A stretch of 19,704 nucleotides of DNA. Source: Meiothermus sp. (GTDB lineage: Bacteria > Deinococcota > Deinococci > Deinococcales > Thermaceae). Below the pieces are notes generated by a model, which saw only the letters and a list, made by a program, of their open reading frames with translations, searched no databases and was not told where the DNA came from. The DNA is taken from NCBI GenBank assembly GCA_033762915.1, contig JANRLD010000024.1, forward strand, positions 1 to 19,704. Direction: 5' to 3'. A program made the position numbers and the translations under genes. Shown one piece after another: positions 1-6,810 of the stretch. Numbering within the stretch: the stretch's first letter is position 1; each line of letters opens with the position of its first letter.

Positions 1-20
1 CGGCGCTGCTTCCTACTTGC

Positions 21-137
21 CTATCTTGGCTCGACCCTGAAATCCTGGCTCGGGCTTTGAAATCCTGGCTCGGTATCAAATGAAATCGCGGCTCGGCTTG
101 CCTTGTATTCCTGGCTCGTTTTGGGCTGAATTACTCA
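21..137. repeat. Array of 5 degenerate direct repeats (consensus TGAAATCCTGGCTCGG); candidate transposon end or plasmid iterons
   Basis: Copies at 21-33 (partial), 38-53 and 58-73 (identical), 81-96 (TGAAATCGCGGCTCGG) and 104-119 (TGTATTCCTGGCTCGT). Spacing is 19-23 bp. The array is followed by ...CTGAATTACTCA (CA at 136-137). Confidence 0.75.
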
Positions 138-213
138 GGAGTTTTTGAAAACGTGTCGAAGTGGCAGAGTTATTGAAAGTTCGACTGCAAACCCACTGCA
201 GTGGCCCTGCGCG

Positions 214-242
214 TCGAAACACAAAATTGGCTGTCTTACAAT
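214..242 (+). promoter_or_regulatory. Putative sigma70-type promoter of the small membrane protein gene
   Basis: TCGAAA (214-219), 17-bp spacer, TACAAT (237-242), upstream of ATG 276. Confidence 0.35.
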
Positions 243-275
243 ACGTTTACGGTCTTCTCCGAGCCTTGGCAGAAC

Positions 276-515
276 ATGCTAATGATGTGGCTTGCACCCC
301 CGGCTCTAATTGTGGTGGCCGCGTTCGTTCTCATGGCGCTAGGCTTCACACCTCGGACCAAGAATAGTTTGCAGCGGAAAGAATCGGGTTTACCGGGTAC
401 ATCCAACTCTCCCGAAAGGGGTTGCTTGGGAGGCCTTATCGCGCTGTTGTGGTTATATTCAATAACGGCAGTGTTTTGGGGCGTTATCTTCTTCCTCTTT
501 GTTGTGCCTCGCTAA
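276..515 (+). CDS. Small hypothetical membrane protein (2 TM helices)
   Basis: Part of ORF 201-515; ATG at 276 lies after the putative promoter. Two hydrophobic stretches (WLAPPALIVVAAFVLMALGF; LGGLIALLWLYSITAVFWGVIFFLFVV) flank a polar loop. Confidence 0.6.
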   Translation: MLMMWLAPPALIVVAAFVLMALGFTPRTKNSLQRKESGLPGTSNSPERGCLGGLIALLWLYSITAVFWGVIFFLFVVPR

Positions 516-569
516 ATCTGCCCCCGTAACCGCACGTAAGCGAACTTGCTGGTACGGTTCCTCGCTCCT

Positions 570-947
570 CTATTTTCGGCGATACCAAATCCACCTTAGC
601 GCAACTCCCAGTGACCCACAACATCCTTCCAACAGAGCCAGGGTCAGGGGGTTGGCGGGAAGGGCAGGGGCAGGGGCGGGTGCGGCTGGGGCTTCCAAGG
701 CATCCAACACCAGCTCTTCGGCAAAGTCCCGGAACTTCTTGGACCGCTCGGATTTGATGAAGAAGCCAAGGCGGATAATGCCGGCCTTTGTCCAGTAGGA
801 GTGAGGCTTGCCACCAACGTCAACTTTTACATTGATGTAGTGCCGCCCTTCAACCAACTCATCAGGCTTGTTGCTGCGATGCATCCTGAAGTCTTCGGGA
901 GTTACCCCAAAACCGGCAGCCACGTCCTTCGTGGGCCTAAGCCACAC
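570..947 (-). CDS. Phage antirepressor-like (ORF6N-type) DNA-binding protein, probably N-terminally interrupted (natural start 1019, in-frame TAA at 984-986)
   Basis: Motifs TKDVAAGFGV...DELVEGRHY...WTKAGIIRLGFFIKSERSKKFRDFAEELV resemble phage antirepressor N-terminal domains. They are followed by a Pro/Ala linker and a hydrophobic tail. Confidence 0.6.
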   Translation of the reverse strand: MWLRPTKDVAAGFGVTPEDFRMHRSNKPDELVEGRHYINVKVDVGGKPHSYWTKAGIIRLGFFIKSERSKKFRDFAEELVLDALEAPAAPAPAPALPANPLTLALLEGCCGSLGVALRWIWYRRK

Positions 948-1053
948 GTGCTTGGGGTCGGGCTTTATCGGAAGCTCGGTTCCTTACAAGATACCGCTAA
1001 GGCCCGATTTGCCCCCCATGCTCACCTCGCCTATCCTGTGGGTGAGGTGCAAC

Positions 1054-1458
1054 ATGATTCCACAGCAGGTGCTTGATCGTAAGGGAACTGTAAGACTTGT
1101 ATCGGCAACAAGGGAACATACAAACAGGCCGCTAGACCCACTGTCGGTGGTCAACCTGGGGCCGGGGATGGCAATAATCACGGGCTTCGGATTTCGGTTC
1201 GGGGACAAGCCTATTGTGGTGGAGCAGTATTTGGAACTTCAACCCGGCGCGGCCCAAGAGCTACCCGCCTTCGGAACGTGGCAGGGGGCGCTTTCCGAAG
1301 AGCAATACAAGCTCTTCGTTCATGCCCAAAGAGATACCGACATAGGCTCTCATGCTCTGTATCTGGTACGGGTCGAAGTCGGGGATGGGGTTGTTGAGCT
1401 GGTGGCAAGCTGTCGAATAAGGGGCGACGAGGACAGGCTGTGGCCCGTCTCCGAATAG
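1054..1458 (+). CDS. Hypothetical protein (134 aa)
   Basis: ATG at 1054 is preceded by a GAGGTG RBS and is in frame with ORF 868-1458. Globular-looking composition; no recognised motif. Confidence 0.65.
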   Translation: MIPQQVLDRKGTVRLVSATREHTNRPLDPLSVVNLGPGMAIITGFGFRFGDKPIVVEQYLELQPGAAQELPAFGTWQGALSEEQYKLFVHAQRDTDIGSHALYLVRVEVGDGVVELVASCRIRGDEDRLWPVSE

Positions 1459-1607
1459 GGTCGGCGACATCTGGAAACCCTTGGCCCCGCGCCTTCTTGG
1501 CTTGAACTTGGTGGCCTTGTTGGCCTGCTTTCCCCTAAAGTCGGGCTGGACAAAGAAGGCCTACCCAGTGCCGCAGGGCGGGTCGATAATCACCAGGTCG
1601 AACCAAG

Positions 1608-2288
1608 CTATTCGCAGGCCACTCCATCCCCGTCCCTGTCCAACCCAGGCCGATAACCCGGTTCCCCGACCCGGACGGGTGCGGCCCCAGCGGCGCGGGC
1701 GGCGGCGCAACTGGGGTAGTACACACTGGACGGGCGGGAGGGTTGAGGTGGGCGGGGTTGGACGGCGCGTATGGCCCTGCCCTGCCACGGCGCACTGGCC
1801 CCCAGCCTGCGCCACTCCCACGGGTTCTGGAAACGGCCCGCCCACAGCCCCGCACGGCTGCGGCTGGCTTGGACTTGGCGCGTGCGGTAATCGCTGGCAA
1901 ACCTTGGGTCAATGAAGGCATAGCCCTTGGACACAAGCCAGCCCCCAACGGTTTCGCCCGCTGGGGCAACCACACAGGTAGCCAGCACCCGCCCGTAGCG
2001 GTCTGTGCCTCTCTGCCTGCAAGTCACCGTGCGCCTCGCTAAAAAGGCCGCAAGCGCGTTGGCTACCTGCGCCCCGCAGCGGAATCGCTGGCCCTGGCTG
2101 TTGACGCATAGCTGGGCGGCCTCCGGCGCATCTAGCCCGGACAGGCGGATGCGGGTTCCCTGAATCTCCAGAGTATCCCCGTCAACGACGCTGGCAACCC
2201 CGATGTACATCCTTTGCCCGTAGGCGACGCCGGATACGAAAAGGGCCAGTAGAAACCAGACCGGAAGTAAGTGGGTGAAGGTCTTCAT
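1608..2288 (-). CDS. Secreted thermonuclease (SNase family) with C-terminal Excalibur Ca-binding domain
   Basis: N-terminal signal peptide; SNase motifs VVDGDTL, RIRLSGLDAPE, DRYGRVLA, GWLVSKGYA, AGLWAG..PWEWR; C-terminal YYPSCAAARAAGAAPV..GEPGYRPGLDRDGDGVACE (Excalibur). Confidence 0.93.
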   Translation of the reverse strand: MKTFTHLLPVWFLLALFVSGVAYGQRMYIGVASVVDGDTLEIQGTRIRLSGLDAPEAAQLCVNSQGQRFRCGAQVANALAAFLARRTVTCRQRGTDRYGRVLATCVVAPAGETVGGWLVSKGYAFIDPRFASDYRTRQVQASRSRAGLWAGRFQNPWEWRRLGASAPWQGRAIRAVQPRPPQPSRPSSVYYPSCAAARAAGAAPVRVGEPGYRPGLDRDGDGVACE

Positions 2289-2296
2289 GGGCGTTT

Positions 2297-2746
2297 TCAG
2301 TGTCTTTCACAGGCTATGTTGTCGTCGTCCCGGTCTAGGTGGGTGTTGAGTTGGTAGGTCACCGCACTGACCCGGAAGGTGGTGACGGGCTGTTGATTAC
2401 CCGAAACCTTATCCCTCGCACCTGGAAGCCCCACGCCGTTTGGATAGTCTTGGTTTAGGGAAGGGCAGTTGGGGTAGGGTTCTTCACAGGCTATGTTGTC
2501 GTCGTCCCGATCTAGGTGGGAGTTGGCGCTGTAAACCCCAGCGCTAACCTCAAAATCCGTTACCGGCCTGCGACTACTTGAGGTTTTGTCCTTGGCACCA
2601 GAAATCCCAACCCCATACGGATAGTCCTGGGTGAGAGCAGCGCAGTTGGAGTATTTCGTAGCCGTCTGGGCGTTGGTGCGGGGAAGCACCGCCAGCAATA
2701 CCAAGGCCGCCAAAACCGTAACCGCCAGCGGGTTCAATCGCTTCAT
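2297..2746 (-). CDS. Secreted protein with two tandem Excalibur Ca-binding domains
   Basis: AAGGAG RBS; signal peptide ending TNA; two ~59-aa units, each YxNC..L.QDYPxGV...HLDRDDDNIACE; 8 bp upstream of the nuclease start. Confidence 0.88.
   Translation of the reverse strand: MKRLNPLAVTVLAALVLLAVLPRTNAQTATKYSNCAALTQDYPYGVGISGAKDKTSSSRRPVTDFEVSAGVYSANSHLDRDDDNIACEEPYPNCPSLNQDYPNGVGLPGARDKVSGNQQPVTTFRVSAVTYQLNTHLDRDDDNIACERH
2306..2520. repeat. Intragenic direct repeat (38 bp, 1 mismatch, 177-bp period)
   Basis: TTCACAGGCTATGTTGTCGTCGTCCCG(G/A)TCTAGGTGGG at 2306-2343 and 2483-2520 encodes the duplicated Excalibur loop. Confidence 0.85.
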
Positions 2747-2841
2747 GCCTTTCTCCTTGAACCCCGCCCCTGCTATGCCGGGGAGCCTTCATTGTGCCGC
2801 AAGCTGCCCGGTGCAGATAGCCCCACACCCACCAAGCCCTG

Positions 2842-2982
2842 CTATCGCTTCCGCTTTAGAAGCTTTTCGACTGGACTCACCATGTCATGCTGCTGCCTCA
2901 ACAGACTTGATGAAATAGCCGGATATCGCTTAGCAATCCTGCTTGAGCCATGTCCAAGCGACTCCTGGTACAGACCCACCTT
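2842..2982 (-). pseudogene. C-terminal remnant of a tyrosine recombinase/integrase
   Basis: Manual translation KVGLYQESLGHGSSRIAKRYPAISSSLLRQQHDMVSPVEKLLKRKR* fits the box II pattern (QxxLGH-x8-Y) plus a typical H..SPV tail. The frame is closed by stops upstream and no HxLR motif is seen. Confidence 0.6.
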
Positions 2983-3022
2983 TTAGCGTGGCTTCTAGGC
3001 GGTCAAGGCGCGGCCTACTGGC

Positions 3023-3160
3023 TTACCTCCTGTTTCGTAGCAACCCTGCGCTCAGGTAAAACGCTCCACCGATTATCATCCCCCCAAGGAAACACGGCAC
3101 TTTTTGCTCAGTGTCGTTCACAATGGCAACCATGTAGCTCAGCCGCCATGGCTCTAGCAT
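3023..3160 (-). CDS. Possible 45-aa single-TM small protein
   Basis: MLEPWRLSYMVAIVNDTEQKVPCFLGGMIIGGAFYLSAGLLRNRR*: hydrophobic segment plus basic tail. It is below the ORF-track cutoff and has no clear RBS. Confidence 0.25.
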   Translation of the reverse strand: MLEPWRLSYMVAIVNDTEQKVPCFLGGMIIGGAFYLSAGLLRNRR

Positions 3161-3308
3161 CTATCAGGCTTCCGCCCCTTCCGGCGTCGCTGGTCGGATT
3201 TGTCTGCAATGGCCGCTCCTTCCTCTCCTCTCTGGTCCAGCACGAGCGGCTCTGGCTATCTGGGCTGGTCGGTTAGCCCAGGGCTAGGTCCGAGGGCTCG
3301 ACCGGCGA

Positions 3309-4574
3309 CTACAGGATCGAGTAATGGCCTGCCCTAAACGCACCCAGTAGGTGCCCCAGCATCTGCACGCCTGGCAGCGGGCAGCCCGGCTGGCTGACCA
3401 CCACGGGGACTGGAAACTCGTAGTGGGGCGGAAAGTAGACCCCCACCGCCCCGCCGATGAAGTGGTCCAGGTCGCCGACTTCGAACTCCGGGTCCTCCGG
3501 GTAGCAGGGAGGCAGCAGCACCTGCGAGAGCTCGTCGGGGGTGAGGTCGCAGGGCCGGCCTGCGGCCTGCAGCCAGTCCTCCAACTCCTGCTCGGTGAAC
3601 GCCCAGTGGATGGGGGCCGAAAGCACCGCCTCCGGCCGCTTCGCAGCACCCATGAGGACCCCCCAGACGTCCGGGCTCTCATCGATGCCGGCGTTGGCGG
3701 GCAGTAGGTGGGCCAGCCGCCACAGGAGCCCGGAGCGTGCGTTCGGCTCCTCGGGCAGTTCTTCCTCGCATTCCTCGGCGAGCTCGTCGAGTCGCTGCTC
3801 CACCCAGCCCTCCGGCAGGGCCAGGCAGTAGCGGTCGGCCTCCTCGGGGGTCAGCTCGCCGGCCTCGACCTGCCGCCCGAGATCACACAAGGTCTGTAGC
3901 CAGTCCTCCTGGGTCAAGGTGGGGTCGAGGACCCAGGTGCGGCCGCCATCGGTGGCCGGCCAAACATTGACCAGGGCCACCGGGCAGGGGGGAGGCGGGT
4001 CCAGTAGATCCTTGAGGGCCAGCCGTGCCTTGGCGATCCCGTGGATCAGTCCCAGTCGATCTTTGACCAAGGCCTCAAGCTGCTCGTGCGGGGTCTCGGG
4101 GTCCAGGGCCCGCAGCAGCCGCTCCTGCCAATCCGTTGCCCGGTCGTCCGGCTCGGTCGGACGCCGGTAATCAGGCCGCTCGCCGGCAGCGGCCCACAGC
4201 CACCGCATCCCAGGGTTTAGGCGGTCCCAGGCCTCTGCCAGTGCAGGCTCCCGGGCGGCAAGGGCGGCGCGGTGCCGGGCTACCGGGCCGGGGGGCACCT
4301 CCTCGCCTTCAAGGCGCTTGGCGGCCAGCCGGGCCAAGTTTCGCCGGTAAGCGCCGGGGCTGCCGCCGGAGTACAACTTGAGCTGCTGCATGCGGGCGGG
4401 TTCGAGAAACTCGGTCAGGTGCTCCGCCCCGGATTGCGACAGCACGATCCGGGTGAGGCGGTCGACGGGGATCATGCCGTCGTAAGCGCCGCGCCCGACG
4501 TAGTAGTCGCGCTCGGGCAGCAGCCAATCCAGCAGGGCCTCCCAGTCGTGATCGCTGAATACGCGCTCTTCCAT
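3309..4574 (-). CDS. Hypothetical protein (421 aa), acidic, with degenerate LRV/HEAT-like helical repeats
   Basis: Strong GGAGGT RBS; long GC3-rich ORF; segments LDPETPHEQLEALVKD, EPNARSGLLWRLA and AAKRPEAVLSAP resemble NPNTPxExLxxLA-type repeats. Confidence 0.8.
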   Translation of the reverse strand: MEERVFSDHDWEALLDWLLPERDYYVGRGAYDGMIPVDRLTRIVLSQSGAEHLTEFLEPARMQQLKLYSGGSPGAYRRNLARLAAKRLEGEEVPPGPVARHRAALAAREPALAEAWDRLNPGMRWLWAAAGERPDYRRPTEPDDRATDWQERLLRALDPETPHEQLEALVKDRLGLIHGIAKARLALKDLLDPPPPCPVALVNVWPATDGGRTWVLDPTLTQEDWLQTLCDLGRQVEAGELTPEEADRYCLALPEGWVEQRLDELAEECEEELPEEPNARSGLLWRLAHLLPANAGIDESPDVWGVLMGAAKRPEAVLSAPIHWAFTEQELEDWLQAAGRPCDLTPDELSQVLLPPCYPEDPEFEVGDLDHFIGGAVGVYFPPHYEFPVPVVVSQPGCPLPGVQMLGHLLGAFRAGHYSIL

Positions 4575-4654
4575 GATTTACCTCCGTCTTTGGGTGGTGA
4601 TCGTCAGATTGGCTGCACCCTGCCGCTAAGCGCATGCCGGGGCATGCCAGGCCC

Positions 4655-4680
4655 AGCCCTCTCGGGGTTACGAGAGGGCT
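4655..4680. terminator. GC-rich hairpin after the vWA gene (terminator-like or mRNA-stabilising)
   Basis: Perfect 10-bp stem AGCCCTCTCG / CGAGAGGGCT with a 6-nt loop; no clear U-tract on the minus strand. Confidence 0.45.
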
Positions 4681-4705
4681 AGCCAGCGGTTTTGGTTAGC
4701 CGGGC

Positions 4706-5911
4706 CTACCCACTGCCCTTGCGGTTACGAAAGACCTGACTGGACATCCGCTTGCGCGCCGCGTCCGGGGCCTGGCCGACCTCACCCAGCAGGCCGTACA
4801 ACTCCTCGGTCTCGTCGTGCAGCCGGCAGAAGTTGGCGGTAATGGGGGCTGCGGCGGCCAAGGCCTCGCGGGCACTGTTGATGTCCCCGTTGGCGAGGGC
4901 CGCCATTGCCGCCTCGCGTGCGCGGGTGGCTTCGATCTTGGCCTCTAGGGCCGCGACATCCTGGTCCTCCGGCAGCCGTTCCCACCCGGCCTCGTCCACG
5001 GCCGGAAGTTCCAGGGCGTCTTCCATGTTCCCGGGCTCTCCGCCTGCCGACCGCCAGCTCAGCCGCAAGGCCAGCGGTCGGTCCACGCCGGGCGGTACCG
5101 TAAGGCGCAGGAGCAGTTCCAGCGGCGCGCCCCAGACCAGGTCAGGCAGGAGGTACGAGCCGGCTGCGTCTACCGGCAGGCCGTTGGCCAACTCAGCCAC
5201 AACCCCCGGCGCCGGGCTCAGTTCGAGCCGTGCCGAGGTGCCGAAGGTGCCGGCCAGGCCTGCGAGCTCGCGGGCGAAGACGCGCGGCAGGTCGGCGGCG
5301 TGCTCGATGAACTGGTAGTTGCCGCCCCCCGCTTCGGCCATTGCTACCAGCAGGTCCTCGTTGTAGTCGAGGCCCACGCCTAGGGCGGTGGTGCTCACCC
5401 CCCGCTCGGCCAGGCCCCGCACGTGGTCCGCGATGACCCTCGGGTCCCGCTCTCCGACATTGGCCAGGCCGTCGGTCAGCAGGATCACCCGGTTCAGCCT
5501 GCCAGGGTCCAAGTGGGCTGCCACCTGCCGGGCCCCCTCCAGCCAGCCCCCGTGTAGGTCGGTGCTGCCGCCCGCCCTGACAGCCCGCAGACGCTCGGCT
5601 AAGGCCGCGCGGCCCTCGACGGGAGCGCTGGGGGCCAGGACCTCCACCTGGTCATCGTAGGTCACCAGGGCCACCCGGTCCTCCGGCAACAGGTTGTCCA
5701 CGGCGAAGAGGGCGGCCGCCTTGGCCTGTTCGAGCTTGGTCCCGTTCATCGAGCCCGACCGGTCGAGCACCAGGGCCAGGTTCATGTGCGGCCGGCCGGC
5801 GGGGGCTAACGGGCGGGGCGAGGTGACGCGCAGCATTACGGCGAGTTCGGTAGCGCGGTCGCGGCGCAGGCCGCGCCGGATGGGGACCAGCTCAAGTACG
5901 GGTCGTTCCAT
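4706..5911 (-). CDS. von Willebrand factor type A (vWA) domain protein, YfbK/Ca-activated chloride channel-homolog type
   Basis: Complete MIDAS motif: LVLDRSGSM, GGSTDL, ILLTDGLAN; also GVGLDYNEDLL...GGGNYQFI; AAAGGA RBS. Confidence 0.92.
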   Translation of the reverse strand: MERPVLELVPIRRGLRRDRATELAVMLRVTSPRPLAPAGRPHMNLALVLDRSGSMNGTKLEQAKAAALFAVDNLLPEDRVALVTYDDQVEVLAPSAPVEGRAALAERLRAVRAGGSTDLHGGWLEGARQVAAHLDPGRLNRVILLTDGLANVGERDPRVIADHVRGLAERGVSTTALGVGLDYNEDLLVAMAEAGGGNYQFIEHAADLPRVFARELAGLAGTFGTSARLELSPAPGVVAELANGLPVDAAGSYLLPDLVWGAPLELLLRLTVPPGVDRPLALRLSWRSAGGEPGNMEDALELPAVDEAGWERLPEDQDVAALEAKIEATRAREAAMAALANGDINSAREALAAAAPITANFCRLHDETEELYGLLGEVGQAPDAARKRMSSQVFRNRKGSG

Positions 5912-5958
5912 AATGATTCCTTTCCGCCGCTTGGGGGCGGCGCACTGCCTAAGACGGT

Positions 5959-6594
5959 CTACTTCCTGCGCAGCCCCTCAACGGCCGCTCGCAGCTCCGC
6001 CACCAGTTCGTCGAGCTCCGCCGTGGTTCTTGGCGGGCGGAAGTCGTCGCGGGCGTGGAGTTCGAGGCCTGGGCGTACCTGCACCCGGCGCCACCGGCTC
6101 GGCGCGCCCGTGCCCTGTCCGCCCTCGGGCTCGAACAGCCGGGCCACTGGATCTGGGGCGACACCGAGGACACGGTCCTGCCGGCCCCGGCTCACCTCGG
6201 CCAGGTAGTCCAGGGCCGCGTTGGGGGCAGCCGGCCGGTTGGCAGCGAGCTCCGCCCCACCGGCCAGGATGGCCAGCAGTTCCCCGTCGTCCTTGCGGCA
6301 GGCGATGTCCCCCAGGGCCGACGCGCTGAAGCCCTCAGCCATCAGCCGCCGGATCACGAGCAACTGCAGCAAATGGCGGGGGGTGTAGCGGGCCTCGCGG
6401 CCCTCCTTGAGCGGCTCGCTCAGCAGCCCCAGGGTGGCGTAGTGGCGCACTAGCCGGGGCGAGACCTCCTCGCGCAGCTTGGCGTTGCCGGAACCGCCGG
6501 GGAGGTGTGAGGGGAGCAGCCGGTTGGTCTCCCGCACCAACCCGTCCAGGTCCCAGCGGGGCTGTGTCGCGAGCAAGGCCTTGAGTTCGGTCAC
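5959..6594 (-). CDS. MerR-family HTH transcriptional regulator
   Basis: SPRLVRHYATLGLLSEP..EGREARYTPRHLLQLLVIRRLMAEGFS is a MerR-type wHTH; C-terminal WRRVQVRPGLELH. Start placed at GTG 6594 because the ORF extension to 6708 runs through the AT-rich promoter. Confidence 0.88.
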   Translation of the reverse strand: MTELKALLATQPRWDLDGLVRETNRLLPSHLPGGSGNAKLREEVSPRLVRHYATLGLLSEPLKEGREARYTPRHLLQLLVIRRLMAEGFSASALGDIACRKDDGELLAILAGGAELAANRPAAPNAALDYLAEVSRGRQDRVLGVAPDPVARLFEPEGGQGTGAPSRWRRVQVRPGLELHARDDFRPPRTTAELDELVAELRAAVEGLRRK

Positions 6595-6600
6595 GTCATT

Positions 6601-6629
6601 ATTATCACATAAAAAATAGATACTTTCAA
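6601..6629 (-). promoter_or_regulatory. sigma70-type promoter, probably giving a leaderless merR-vWA transcript
   Basis: TTGAAA (6629-6624), 17 bp, (TGT)GATAAT (6606-6601), 6 nt, GTG start; AT-rich upstream tract; no RBS. Confidence 0.7.
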
Positions 6630-6736
6630 TAAATAGTGAAAACATTATTGTGGCGATAACGTAATTTAGAGATCGAAATCTACTAATGCTCCCTCCATTA
6701 CGCGTCACGCGGTGATGCGATGAAGTGGGCGTAATG

Positions 6737-6770
6737 TACCCCGCACGCAGAGACTCGGGTGTGCGGGGTA
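6737..6770. terminator. Stem-loop downstream of the BREX operon
   Basis: TACCCCGCACGC (6737-6748) / GTGTGCGGGGTA (6759-6770): 12-bp stem with one non-Watson-Crick position, 40 bp past the brxA stop; weak U-tract. Confidence 0.5.
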
Positions 6771-6810
6771 TTCGTGAAAACAGCTGTAGCGGTTAGGGCC
6801 GTCGATGTAA

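Noticed and set aside
21..119. CRISPR array
   Set aside because: Units are about 16 bp separated by only 3-7 bp; there are no spacer-length unique sequences and no cas genes.
2950..3276. 108-aa plus-strand ORF as a real gene
   Set aside because: No RBS or motif, atypical composition, and it overlaps the integrase remnant antisense.
6595..6708. N-terminal extension of the MerR ORF with a hydrophobic segment
   Set aside because: It is a translation of the AT-rich promoter and contains the -35/-10 boxes.
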